DNA of 64,000 bases, from NCBI GenBank assembly GCA_963727805.1, contig CAVSHF010000003.1, forward strand, positions 1,632,001-1,696,000. Direction: 5' to 3'. Within the stretch, counting starts at the first letter, position 1. Every line of letters starts with the position of its first letter. This stretch comes from an uncultured Nitrospiraceae bacterium. GTDB taxonomy: Bacteria; Nitrospirota; Thermodesulfovibrionia; Thermodesulfovibrionales; Dissulfurispiraceae. This document shows, piece by piece, positions 25,778-35,485 of the stretch. Below the pieces are notes generated by a model, which was given only the letters and a program-made list of their open reading frames with translations, made no database searches and was not told where the DNA came from. Position numbers and translations under genes: made by a program.

Positions 25778-26395
25778 ATGCACCATTTCTTATATACATT
25801 TTTCATTGCTTTAACAAACAACTTTGATAATATCGGAGTCCGGATAGCGTACAGCATCCGAGGAATAAGGATATCCACTCTGATAAATCTGTGGATATCT
25901 GTAATAACCTTTGTCATTTCTTTTTTTGCTGCATTATCGGGGACAATAATATCGAGATTTCTGAGTCAGAAACTCTCGTCGCTGCTAGCGATGTTGATAC
26001 TCACTGCTGTCGGATTGTGGATGATATTAGAGCCTTACATAAAAAGAAACAATATTTGTAATGATGAATCTGACCAGACTAGCAAGAGCGGTGCCTGCCA
26101 CGTTATCCTGAATCCCCAACATGCTGATATGGATAATTCAAAACATATCGATTTCAAAGAAGCGACTCTGCTTGGCATTGCGCTGTCGATAAATAATGTT
26201 GGAGGAGGGTTGAGCGCCGGGATGATCGGCCTAAACTCTTTTTGGGTGGGATTCTTGTCTGCAGTACTGAGTTTTCTAGCCCTGTGGGCGGGAAACTACG
26301 TTGCAGAATTATTTATAAAATGGAACATAGCAAAGAGAGCCGCAGTCGTAGCCGGTCTGTTATTAATCGCTATCGGTATAGAACAAATCATTTAA
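25778..26395 (+). CDS. MntP/YtaF-family membrane protein (putative Mn2+ efflux)
   Basis: NNFDNIGVRIAY, ADMDNSKHIDFKEATLLGIALSINN, AGLLLIAIGI; about six hydrophobic segments. Confidence 0.8.
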   Translation: MHHFLYTFFIALTNNFDNIGVRIAYSIRGIRISTLINLWISVITFVISFFAALSGTIISRFLSQKLSSLLAMLILTAVGLWMILEPYIKRNNICNDESDQTSKSGACHVILNPQHADMDNSKHIDFKEATLLGIALSINNVGGGLSAGMIGLNSFWVGFLSAVLSFLALWAGNYVAELFIKWNIAKRAAVVAGLLLIAIGIEQII

Positions 26396-26658
26396 TCAGC
26401 TCTGGCATGTTCATTCGACTCTGCATAAAAAAGTTATTGAGCTGCAGGAGGTCTCGACATATTGCTAGGTGATGGCAGGCTGAGCTGTGGATTGAAGGAG
26501 ATATTCGAAGTTTATATCGCGTCCGGATTGGCAAATATGTTCAGGTCTCCTCTGGCTTCCAGTATATTGAAAATCCCGGATATGACCATGACAGGGGCCT
26601 GTTGCGGGATATACTGTCCGCTTGCGCATGAGTTATTGATGAGAAGGGAGAACGTCCA

Positions 26659-26841
26659 ATGAATATTTTCACACGGCTCTATTACGGGTATCGTAAAATA
26701 TGGAAGGCGATCATGCTCTATTTCATGATTGCAGGCCCTGGCATTGTCGTGATGGTGGCGGATAATGACGCGGGGAAAATTACCACTTATGCGGCCACAG
26801 GCGCCAAATACGGCTACAATCCTCACCTGCATATTCTATAA
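26659..26841 (+). pseudogene. 5' fragment of an NRAMP-family divalent metal transporter
   Basis: AGPGIVVMVADNDAG.ITTYAATGAKYGY TM1 motif, then truncation after 60 aa. Confidence 0.75.
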
Positions 26842-27010
26842 TTTTACAAAATAAAATAATCTTGGTGTCCACTGAATCGAGGGACTTTTACCGCCACTCT
26901 TGATGCGAGGTAAGTAATGTCGATAATACCCAATAATCGCTAGGGGGGTACGATATACTGAGTTATACTTTATCTATGAATTATAGCCAACAACGCACAG
27001 GGAGGCGGTC

Positions 27011-27613
27011 ATGAAGAACGAGGAAATCAAAAAGGAAAGCGTTAAAGCAGATGTGGGTAAGGCTGGATCCTCTGTTAAAGCGGGCATTATCAATAGTCTG
27101 AAAGGCATCAATGAGATTGAGGCTGAGATCGTCAGTCTCGTTAGGGATACCGTCTCCAATGCCATTCGGGCCACAGGGTCTGTTGCCAACGATAGCATCG
27201 AGATTACCAAGGATGTTGTAAAAGGCTCTCTCCAAGCTACCGAGGAAGTCGGCACCGGTCTTATCCTCAGCACCAAGAATGTGGCCAAGGGTATAGTCAT
27301 GGGAGTGAGCGACGTCGGCGGTGATGCAGTCAAAGTTGCTTCCCAGACGGTTAAAAGTGCTGTCAAGGGTGCCGCTGAGATAGGTGCGGACGTTGGCCTT
27401 GTTGCCCGAAGGGCTGTGGATGGCGTCATCGAAGCGGCCAAGGAGATAGGTAGTAACGTAGATGATGTGGCAAAGAGTGCTGTCAGCGGAGCAATCGATG
27501 CGGCGGAGACTATAGGCAATACTGCTGTCAAAGCTGTTAAGGAAATGCTTGTCGGCGTGGTAGAGGGCGTCAAAGAAGTCGCTTCTGCCGCCTTGCCAAA
27601 GAATAAGACGTAG
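27011..27613 (+). CDS. 22-residue-repeat Gly/Ala/Val helical protein (copy 2)
   Basis: Near-identical core to 7692-8363 but lacking the basic C-terminal tail; GGGAGG SD. Confidence 0.82.
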   Translation: MKNEEIKKESVKADVGKAGSSVKAGIINSLKGINEIEAEIVSLVRDTVSNAIRATGSVANDSIEITKDVVKGSLQATEEVGTGLILSTKNVAKGIVMGVSDVGGDAVKVASQTVKSAVKGAAEIGADVGLVARRAVDGVIEAAKEIGSNVDDVAKSAVSGAIDAAETIGNTAVKAVKEMLVGVVEGVKEVASAALPKNKT

Positions 27614-27891
27614 TCGATACGCCTGAAAAATATACAGGAGTTTGGTATCTCATAGCGGAATGCGACAATGAGAACATCGCAATGAGCTTAGGCTCATCTA
27701 TTCAACCAGTCCGAGCTCTTAAATGAGTGCAGAGTGAGCCTGTAGAAAAATGGCACATTTCTGTAAAGTTAGCCTTACCATCATTAATGTTATCGTGGGC
27801 GAGGTATTGCGCCCGCTCCTCACGAGGGGATTCGATATAGCCAATTAGAGGGATAGAACTTTGCAGAAATGTTTCTTAGAGGGAGAAAGAT

Positions 27892-28104
27892 ATGTGCTCG
27901 GGAAAAAACAGTGTCAATCCGATGATGTGCCCGCATCTGAGGGGAAGCAATAGCGGGGCTATTTGTGATGTCGTTAAGGATTATGTTCGGGACATCACCA
28001 ATGTCGAGATTAAGTTCTGCATGAGCAAATACTTCGAGATATGCCATGTGTACCGCTATGCTATAAAGCGGGCAAATATTTGTCGTCAGCAGCTCTCATT
28101 CTGA
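27892..28104 (+). CDS. Small Cys/His-motif protein (copy 1)
   Basis: MCPHLRGS..GAIC.V...VR.I.N..IKFCMS...EICHVY; paralog at 30848. Confidence 0.7.
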   Translation: MCSGKNSVNPMMCPHLRGSNSGAICDVVKDYVRDITNVEIKFCMSKYFEICHVYRYAIKRANICRQQLSF

Positions 28105-28185
28105 TAGGATATCATTGCTCTTTGAAGATAGGAGTGCGTGCAGGCCGCATCAATTTACTTTCTCAAGAGTCTTTAATTGAGTAGT

Positions 28186-28962
28186 CTATCGCACGTGGCT
28201 ATCGATCCATGCTGCGACAGCACGGTAATCCGAAGCGCCATGGGAGGAGGATGCAAAAGTTATGATCGGCCTGCCGTGTGCAGGAGCCTCGGCAAGGGCG
28301 GCGTTTTCGCGCACCAACGGTGCTATCAGACCGGGATAAGCATTCTCAAGCTGTAACATGATATCGCCATGTATACGCCTGCGGATGTGAGTACGGCAGG
28401 GAATGATAGCTTGCAGCTTGAGGTGGCGGTCTCGATGCTCTCTGGCGATCTCATCGATTGTTGCGGTCATCTGGTGTAACCCAGCTACGGAAAGACGAGT
28501 AGCCTCCACCGGTATCAACACACCATTGCTCGCATGCAAAGCCGCAACGGTAAGCACACCCATGCTGGGTGGACAATCTACGATAATCCAATCCCATGAG
28601 CCATCAGTATAGCGGAGACATTGCCAGAGAATCTCTTTGCCTAGAGCGCCGGCAAAACGCTGCCAGGCTCCTATAAGGAGGGGGCCAGACGGCACAAGGT
28701 CCACCCCGGTAATCATCGTTGCCTGAATCGGCAGGGGTATCGTTTTTTGCAAAGCTTGAAAAAGCCGTTCACCGTCATCCTCAAAACCTAAAGCGAGACT
28801 GGCGCTACCCTGAGGATCGAGATCAATAACTAATACGCTGTAACCCCGTTCCCCCAGGCATGCAGCCAAGTTGACAGCCGTGGTTGTTTTGCCAACACCG
28901 CCTTTATGGTTAACGACTGATAGTAAGTAGCGCTTTGGTCGAACCTGGATATCTTTCATCAT
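28186..28962 (-). CDS. Orphan ParA/Soj-family ATPase
   Basis: NHKGGVGKTTTAVNLA deviant Walker A, IDLDPQGSAS, DCPPS, LAEAPAHG; no parB adjacent. Confidence 0.9.
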   Translation of the reverse strand: MMKDIQVRPKRYLLSVVNHKGGVGKTTTAVNLAACLGERGYSVLVIDLDPQGSASLALGFEDDGERLFQALQKTIPLPIQATMITGVDLVPSGPLLIGAWQRFAGALGKEILWQCLRYTDGSWDWIIVDCPPSMGVLTVAALHASNGVLIPVEATRLSVAGLHQMTATIDEIAREHRDRHLKLQAIIPCRTHIRRRIHGDIMLQLENAYPGLIAPLVRENAALAEAPAHGRPIITFASSSHGASDYRAVAAWIDSHVR

Positions 28963-29631
28963 AAGTAGATTATACACCATGGGTTTCTTGTCTCTCAATC
29001 GAAGGTGTATCTCGTTACCAGCTTCAGTGTAAAGGGCCCCCTGACATTAGTGGGTGCAAGTTCCCTTTCTTGTGAAGGTCATCAATATAAGGTGGGGCTT
29101 AGGCAATACATCACACAAGGAAGTCATAGTAGCCACACCTATCGTGAAAGATAAAAATGATCATACGTGGGGAAGAATAACACAGGGCAAGCGAGAGATC
29201 CTTCCTACATACATTTCAGGAGTTACTTTTCCCCTGTCTGAATCTCGCTCCCTCAGTTCGACATATAATGTTGAATCAAAGCTGCTTTAGAAATGCTCGT
29301 CTTTTATTCGGTAATAGCTATCTCGAAAAAACCTCTTAAAATCTCTTATTGCAGAAGAGAAACAGCCTTTGAATGGCTCATATCGTCACGCATCCCTGGA
29401 TAAAAAAAAGAATCTTTAACATGAACTTAATATGTCTCTAATAATCTTTCAATATGGCGTAGTGTATAGTCAAAGTGAGATTATTTGCGAGCTGCGGTGA
29501 ACGAAGCAATCGTTTTCATTCAGATTTTATATATACGTTTCCGTACGAAGAATATGGAGTCTGTATTATAAGTGACAAAATTGAGTGCTCGGTTGACTTC
29601 AAAATAATTTCCCATTATCGAAAGGAGCATC

Positions 29632-30075
29632 GTGACCCCAGGGACTCATCTTGACATTATCGCTCATACAATCCAGCTTTCTCTCGCACCCATATTTGTT
29701 CTCGTTGCCTGTGGCACAATTCTTTCTGTTCTGATCAACAGGCTTGGGCGCGTAGTTGATCGTGCTCGCCTTCTGGAAGGCCGGCTGGCTGCCCATCATG
29801 AAGAGGAAGAAAATACCAAACTACAAATAGAACTCGACTCGCATTTCCTTCGTGCTCGACTAACTTACTTTGCTATCACCTTAAGCATTGTTTGCGCTCT
29901 TGCAATCTGCCTAGTGGTCGCCTTTATGTTTATTGGAACATTCATGTCGAAGGATTTTACAACAATCATCGTATTGCTCTTTGTGGGTGCGATGATTGCT
30001 TTTATTGGAGCACTTCTGACCTTTCTGCGGGAAATCTTCATCGCTGTGACATCGCTTAGAATTGGCAACAGTTAG
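29632..30075 (+). CDS. DUF2721-family membrane protein
   Basis: IQLSLAPIFVL...NRLGRVVDRAR...FLREI motifs; AAGGAG SD. Confidence 0.8.
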   Translation: MTPGTHLDIIAHTIQLSLAPIFVLVACGTILSVLINRLGRVVDRARLLEGRLAAHHEEEENTKLQIELDSHFLRARLTYFAITLSIVCALAICLVVAFMFIGTFMSKDFTTIIVLLFVGAMIAFIGALLTFLREIFIAVTSLRIGNS

Positions 30076-30301
30076 TAATGATCGCTCAACTGTATGGCAT
30101 GCTGTTTCTGCATTCATTTCAAAAGCACTAATAGAGCCATTAGAATGGAAAATTAAATGTTGTGGTTATATCGGGATAGAGGGCCCCTCATTTGAATTCC
30201 ATCATTGTCGACTGAAGATTTGACGCGCATTACCATTGGAATTCTGTAGAATCGGGTCAGAGACGCCGTGCCATTATTGTCGTCAGTCTTCTCCTATCTA
30301 C

Positions 30302-30333
30302 TTCGCGGTAGGGACGTTCGTTACCAGCACCCC
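30302..30333 (-). mobile_element. Possible remnant of group II intron domain VI
   Basis: Minus strand GGGGTGCTGGTAACGAACGTCCCTACCGCGAA resembles the 3' end of group II introns; no domain V or RT seen. Confidence 0.35.
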
Positions 30334-30764
30334 AAAATAGTTGAGACGACCTCGCACGACCGAGCGGTGCCATTTACCCTGAACAGTTAACATTTCGTGC
30401 CTCATGCGCATGATCTTTCCCCTCACCTCTTTGAGTTTTACCCGCTTGCGTTTGATGATTGTCTTGCGGCGAATTTTGAAACTAGCCGGTAGGATAAGGT
30501 GTCAACAGTTCAGATAAGCGCAGTATCTTGCTGATTTCCTGACAATATTTACACAATATGTAGTGTATCAACACCCTAAGCAGCCGGCTAGATTGTAACC
30601 CGACCTTCGTTCCTTCCGTCTTACTTACATAAAGCTTCCGACTTCGATAAGTCGGATCTTTTCACTATCTATTACCAGCATATGAGCCAGTCCGCAAATT
30701 CAGGAGCAGCTTTATATCCCGGCATACCGAACAGGGTACGAAGCTGCTCTAACAATTCACGTTT

Positions 30765-30820
30765 TGTAATGATATTGTAACATTCCTGTAACATTGCCGT
30801 AACTTGCGATGTGGTGTAAT
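30765..30820 (+). promoter_or_regulatory. Pho-box-like promoter
   Basis: TGTAAT 30765, TGTAAC 30776, TGTAAC 30787, CGTAAC 30798, then TGgTGTAAT as a possible -10. Confidence 0.7.
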
Positions 30821-30847
30821 TCATTATTAAGTTTATGGAGGCAAGTT

Positions 30848-31063
30848 ATGTATTTTGACATGAAACTCACCAAAACGGTCATGTGCCCTTATTTAAAGGG
30901 AAGCGATCATGGGGCCGAATGCGCTGTTGCCATGGACCTCGTACGTAATATCGAAAATGCTGATATAAAGTTCTGCATGAGCAGGCACTATGAGATATGT
31001 CACGTCTACTTTACATCATTAAGACGTGAAAATAGTCTTCGGTCACAGCTGCAAGCGTATTGA
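30848..31063 (+). CDS. Small Cys/His-motif protein (copy 2)
   Basis: MCPYLKGS..GAEC.V...VRNIEN..IKFCMS...EICHVY; GGAGG SD. Confidence 0.72.
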   Translation: MYFDMKLTKTVMCPYLKGSDHGAECAVAMDLVRNIENADIKFCMSRHYEICHVYFTSLRRENSLRSQLQAY

Positions 31064-31125
31064 TGTAACGCAATTGTAACGCTGCCTTCATACTGAAGTA
31101 ATCAATATTTGTTTTAATAAACATC

Positions 31126-31437
31126 ATGGAGACAGCCATACCAAAGGTCGTTCAGTCCGAATTGCTATGCCCTGATTGCACTTCCCCTGCCCTGTACAAA
31201 TACGGAAAGATTAAAGGCGGCAAGCAGCGATTTATCTGCCTCATGTGCGGTAGGCAGTTCACACCGGAGGCAAGCCGAAAAGAGGTCAGAAACAAGCCTG
31301 ACTGTCATATCTGCGGAGGACCAATGCACCTGTATAAGAGGAACGCTGCATGGGTAATATTCAGGTGCTCGAATTATCCTCTCTGCAAAACGTATACGAA
31401 AAAGCCGGCAGATCATGAAATGCCCTCATCTCATTAA
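31126..31437 (+). CDS. Double zinc-ribbon protein (copy 2)
   Basis: CPDC..LYKYG..KGGKQRFICLMCGRQF; CHICGG...FRCSNYPLCKTY; TGTAAC repeats at 31064 and 31075. Confidence 0.75.
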   Translation: METAIPKVVQSELLCPDCTSPALYKYGKIKGGKQRFICLMCGRQFTPEASRKEVRNKPDCHICGGPMHLYKRNAAWVIFRCSNYPLCKTYTKKPADHEMPSSH

Positions 31438-31621
31438 TTGGCGTCTGACGGTTTGCAAGGCATGCGAAAAGCCTTATACCCCGACATCCTTTCAGATCAG
31501 GGAATATTGTAAAAGTTTTCTTCACCGGAGATGCCCCTTTTATCTGAACATCATGGAAAGGCACAAAGATAAGATCTATTGTTAGATTCAGTCGGCATTG
31601 CTTTGTTCCAGCCAGTCACTC

Positions 31622-31785
31622 TGTAACATGATTGTAACATCAGCGTAATACGCCCTTAACTGTGAGGTTTTATAATTAATTACTTGCATCACGAAAGAGA
31701 TGAGATTCCACTAATACGGGGAGGTGACATTTTAACTCAAATGTAATAGTTTTGTAACATGGCTGTAACATTTTATGTATACTCT
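31622..31785 (+). promoter_or_regulatory. Two tandem Pho-box-like promoters upstream of pstS
   Basis: TGTAAC 31622, TGTAAC 31633, CGTAAT 31644, CTTAAC 31655, 10 nt, TATAAT 31671; second set TTTAAC 31731, TGTAAT 31742, TGTAAC 31753, TGTAAC 31764. Confidence 0.8.
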
Positions 31786-31810
31786 AAGTTAAGACTTAAG
31801 GAGGAAATTA

Positions 31811-32821
31811 ATGAAAACAATCTTCAAGTTAGCAGCGATAAGTATCTTGATCCTGTGTTCCGCTACTGTATGGGCAGTCGAAACTCTAAACGGCGCGGGG
31901 GCTTCATTTCCCTATCCTGTATATTCTGCATGGTCCTTTGAATACAATAAGGCCACTGGAGTCCAGCTCAACTACCAGTCAATCGGGTCCGGTGGAGGTA
32001 TCAGGCAGATCTCAGAAAGGACCGTTGAGTTTGGCGCATCTGATGCACCGCAAACCCCGGAATTTCTCCAGAAGAATAACCTGATACAGTTTCCCGCGGT
32101 AATGGGTGGAGTTGTTGCCGTAGTCAACATCGCGGGCGTCAAGGCCGGCCAGATGAATCTCGACTCTGATGCAGTCTGCAAAATCTATCTCGGCGAAATC
32201 AAATTCTGGGACGATGCAAAAATTAAGTCGATGAATTCTAAGATCAAGCTGCCGCACAAAGAGATCACGGTTGTACACAGATCAGACGGATCCGGAACTA
32301 CTGCAATTTTTACTACCTATCTCAGCGAAGCATGCCCTGCGTGGAAGGAAAAGGTCGGTGCCGGAACGTCGGTAAAGTTTCCTGTAGGAATTGGCGGCAA
32401 AGGCAACGAGGGAGTATCGAACTACGTCCAGAGAAGTAATGATTCTATCGGTTATGTCGAGTTCGCTTATGCAGAGCAGAACAAATTGTCATACACACTA
32501 CTGAAGAATCCTGCCGGTCATTTCGTTGCGCCCAGCTTCCAGACCTTCGAAGATGCAGCCGCCACAGGCGACTTTGACCCCAAGAAGGATTTCTACCTCT
32601 GGCTCGTCAATGCCAAAGGCAAAAACGCATGGCCCATCGCCGGCGCAACCTTTATTTTACTCGCTAAAGACAAAAAGGACGCCAATATGAAGACCGTCAA
32701 GTTCTTCGACTGGGCATTTAAAAATGGCGATGCTAAGGCAAAAGAGCTCGTCTATATCCCGCTGCCGAACTCATTGAAAGACAAAATCAGAGCCTATTGG
32801 AAGGCAAACGGAATATACTAA
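31811..32821 (+). CDS. pstS: Phosphate ABC transporter substrate-binding protein
   Basis: GAGASFPYP, YQSIGSGGG, FGASDAP, HRSDGSGTT, GGKGNEGV. Confidence 0.97.
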   Translation: MKTIFKLAAISILILCSATVWAVETLNGAGASFPYPVYSAWSFEYNKATGVQLNYQSIGSGGGIRQISERTVEFGASDAPQTPEFLQKNNLIQFPAVMGGVVAVVNIAGVKAGQMNLDSDAVCKIYLGEIKFWDDAKIKSMNSKIKLPHKEITVVHRSDGSGTTAIFTTYLSEACPAWKEKVGAGTSVKFPVGIGGKGNEGVSNYVQRSNDSIGYVEFAYAEQNKLSYTLLKNPAGHFVAPSFQTFEDAAATGDFDPKKDFYLWLVNAKGKNAWPIAGATFILLAKDKKDANMKTVKFFDWAFKNGDAKAKELVYIPLPNSLKDKIRAYWKANGIY

Positions 32822-32846
32822 AACAAAGCCACAAGTCAGAAATTGT

Positions 32847-32891
32847 GCTAATGGGTCAGATGACCGTTGTATCTGACCCATTAGCTTCTTT
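32847..32891 (+). terminator. 15-bp hairpin between pstS and pstC (partial terminator or mRNA stabiliser)
   Basis: GCTAATGGGTCAGAT...ATCTGACCCATTAGC followed by TTCTTT. Confidence 0.7.
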
Positions 32892-32919
32892 ATACTGAAA
32901 CAGGAAAAGGAATCGACTT

Positions 32920-33885
32920 TTGGGACAATCCATTAACCCAACCGCCAAGCCGGCTACAAAGAAAGACCCCTTCGACGTGCTGTTTTCCGTCGTGACAGCG
33001 GTCTGTTCTCTTTCCATAATAGTTCTCGTGTTTGGCATTCTTATAGTCCTTGTCTCCGAATCATCCATGTCGATACGGAAATTCGGCATCCTTCAATTTC
33101 TCTTCTCGACGGACTGGAACCCCGTGCAGGAGACGTTTGGTGCTGCCACCACGCTCTACGGGACACTCGTGACGACCGTGCTCTCCCTGATAATAGCTAT
33201 CCCCGTAGCGATCGGCATTGCCATTTTTGTAACTGAAATCGCTCCAAATTTTCTTAAAGGCCCTATTGGGGTTGCCATAGAACTCCTTGCAGCCATACCG
33301 AGCATTATTTACGGACTGTGGGGCCTTTTCACTCTGGCGCCAATCATGAGTTTGTATATCGAACCGGCGCTCCAGCGGACCTTCGGCACCCTTCCTCTCT
33401 TCTCGGTCGTTTTCGCAGGGACACCGATGGGCATAGATCTTCTGACAGCGAGCATCATACTGAGCATCATGATCATCCCCTTCACGGCCAGTATCTCCCG
33501 CGATGCCTTCAATCTCACGCCCGCAGTGGTAAAAGAGTCAGCATATGCTCTCGGCGCTACAAAATGGGAGGTCGTCAAGAATATCGTCATCCCCTATTCC
33601 AAACTCGGAGTCTTCGGCGGCATCGTCCTGTCTATGGGACGCGCCATCGGCGAGACAATGGCTGTGGCCTTTGTGCTCGGAAACAACCACCAGATTACCT
33701 CGTCCCTTCTCGATGCTGCGGCGACCATAACCGTCTCTCTTGCGAATGAGTTTTCGGAGGCCGATTCGGACATCTATCTTTCTTCTCTTTTTTATCTCGC
33801 CCTCGTCCTCTTCGTGCTCAGCTTTATCACGCTCGCCGTAGCCAAGATATTCCTCATCAGGGCTGAAAGGAAATATTCTCGATGA
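32920..33885 (+). CDS. pstC: Phosphate ABC transporter permease PstC
   Basis: ELLAAIPSIIYGLWG, GRAIGETMAV. Confidence 0.96.
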   Translation: MGQSINPTAKPATKKDPFDVLFSVVTAVCSLSIIVLVFGILIVLVSESSMSIRKFGILQFLFSTDWNPVQETFGAATTLYGTLVTTVLSLIIAIPVAIGIAIFVTEIAPNFLKGPIGVAIELLAAIPSIIYGLWGLFTLAPIMSLYIEPALQRTFGTLPLFSVVFAGTPMGIDLLTASIILSIMIIPFTASISRDAFNLTPAVVKESAYALGATKWEVVKNIVIPYSKLGVFGGIVLSMGRAIGETMAVAFVLGNNHQITSSLLDAAATITVSLANEFSEADSDIYLSSLFYLALVLFVLSFITLAVAKIFLIRAERKYSR

Positions 33886-34724
33886 TCCACGAGAAAAAAC
33901 GGAAGGTGGAAGGTTTCATCGCCCTCTTATTGAGCACTCTAGCCGCGTTCTGTGGCCTGTTCTGGCTGATCTTTATCCTTGGCGACGTACTTATACACGG
34001 AATAGGAGCGATGAACCTGAGCCTCTTCATGAATGATCCCGCTCCTGCGGGCGTGGAAGGGGGAGGATTGCGGAACGCATTTCTCGGACATCTGATGATT
34101 ACCGCCTTTGCAACGATCATCGGCGTTCCTGTGGGCGTTCTCGGCGGAACCTTCCTCGCCGAATATGCAAAGGGCAGAAATATCTCGCGGATCATCAGTA
34201 TCCTTGCCGACATCATGGTCAGCGTACCCTCTATCATCATCGGAACATTCATATACGCTATAATGGTTAAGCCCATCGGACACTTCAGTGGATGGGCCGG
34301 AGCCCTCGCACTGGCGATCATTATGATACCAGTTGTCCTGAGAACCACCGAGGACATGCTCTCTTTGGTGCCCTGGACATTGAGGGAGGCAGCGTTTGCG
34401 TTGGGAGCACCTTATTATAAGGTAATAGTTCAGGTGGTTTACCGGGGTGCCGCTACGGGCATCTTCACCGGCATACTGCTTTCTATCGCACGGGTTGCCG
34501 GGGAGACGGCTCCTCTTCTTTTCACTGCGTTCAACAATTCTTTCTTTTCTTTCAACATGAATGGTCCCATGCCCTCTTTAACCGTCAGCGTTTTCCAGTA
34601 TGCCATGGGTCCTTATGACGACTGGCATGCTCAGGCCTGGGCCGCCTCACTCGTCATCACTGTGTTCATTTTGTTCATCACTATTGCGGGAAGACTTCTT
34701 CTTAAGTGGAGGTATAAACTGTGA
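33882..34724 (+). CDS. pstA: Phosphate ABC transporter permease PstA
   Basis: [30 protein letters not shown]. Confidence 0.96.
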   Translation: MIHEKKRKVEGFIALLLSTLAAFCGLFWLIFILGDVLIHGIGAMNLSLFMNDPAPAGVEGGGLRNAFLGHLMITAFATIIGVPVGVLGGTFLAEYAKGRNISRIISILADIMVSVPSIIIGTFIYAIMVKPIGHFSGWAGALALAIIMIPVVLRTTEDMLSLVPWTLREAAFALGAPYYKVIVQVVYRGAATGIFTGILLSIARVAGETAPLLFTAFNNSFFSFNMNGPMPSLTVSVFQYAMGPYDDWHAQAWAASLVITVFILFITIAGRLLLKWRYKL

Positions 34725-35485
34725 CAGATACCATGGAGCTCGAAATCAGGGGGCTCAATTTCTACTATTCTGGCAATACGCATGCCCTCAAAAACATCAA
34801 CCTGCCCATCTATAAACAGAGCGTCACTGCCCTAATCGGCCCCTCCGGGTGCGGCAAAACGACACTGCTCAGGTGCTTTAATAGAATGCATGACCTCTAC
34901 CCGAAGCACAGGTATGAAGGAGAGATACTCCTTCAGGATACCAACCTCCTGGCCAACGGCATCGATCTCATCAGCCTTCGAAGTCGCATCGGCATGGTCT
35001 TCCAGAAGCCGACTCCATTCCCCATGTCGATCTTCGAAAATATCGCCTACGGACTTAAACTCAAGGGGACAAAAAAGAAATCAGAGCTTGCAGACCGAGT
35101 CGAAAGGGCTCTCAAGCACGCCGCCCTGTGGGACGAGGTCAAGGACAAGCTCAATGAGAGCGCCTACGAACTTTCAGGGGGGCAGCAGCAGCGGCTCGTC
35201 ATCGCCAGGGCGTTGGCGGTAGAACCGCAAGTCCTTCTCTTCGATGAGCCGACGTCGGCGCTCGATCCGATCTCGACATCGAAGATAGAAGACCTCGTTA
35301 TGCATTTGAAAAAGGAAATAACTATAATAATAGTCACACACAATATGCAGCAAGCCGCCAGGATCTCCGACTGGACGGGATTTCTGATGCTTGGGGAGAT
35401 GATCGAGTTTGGTAAGACCGAGAAGATATTCACTGCGCCATCGGAAAAGCTTACAGAAGACTATGTAACAGGGAGGTTCGGATAA
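34721..35485 (+). CDS. pstB: Phosphate ABC transporter ATPase
   Basis: [46 protein letters not shown]. Confidence 0.97.
   Translation: MTDTMELEIRGLNFYYSGNTHALKNINLPIYKQSVTALIGPSGCGKTTLLRCFNRMHDLYPKHRYEGEILLQDTNLLANGIDLISLRSRIGMVFQKPTPFPMSIFENIAYGLKLKGTKKKSELADRVERALKHAALWDEVKDKLNESAYELSGGQQQRLVIARALAVEPQVLLFDEPTSALDPISTSKIEDLVMHLKKEITIIIVTHNMQQAARISDWTGFLMLGEMIEFGKTEKIFTAPSEKLTEDYVTGRFG

Noticed and set aside
29054..29290. 78-aa ORF upstream of parA
   Set aside because: No recognisable motif or convincing SD; probably spurious
30765..31785. TGTAAC repeats as a CRISPR array or iterons
   Set aside because: Units are 6 bp at 11-bp phase next to -10 elements, with no spacers, cas or rep genes
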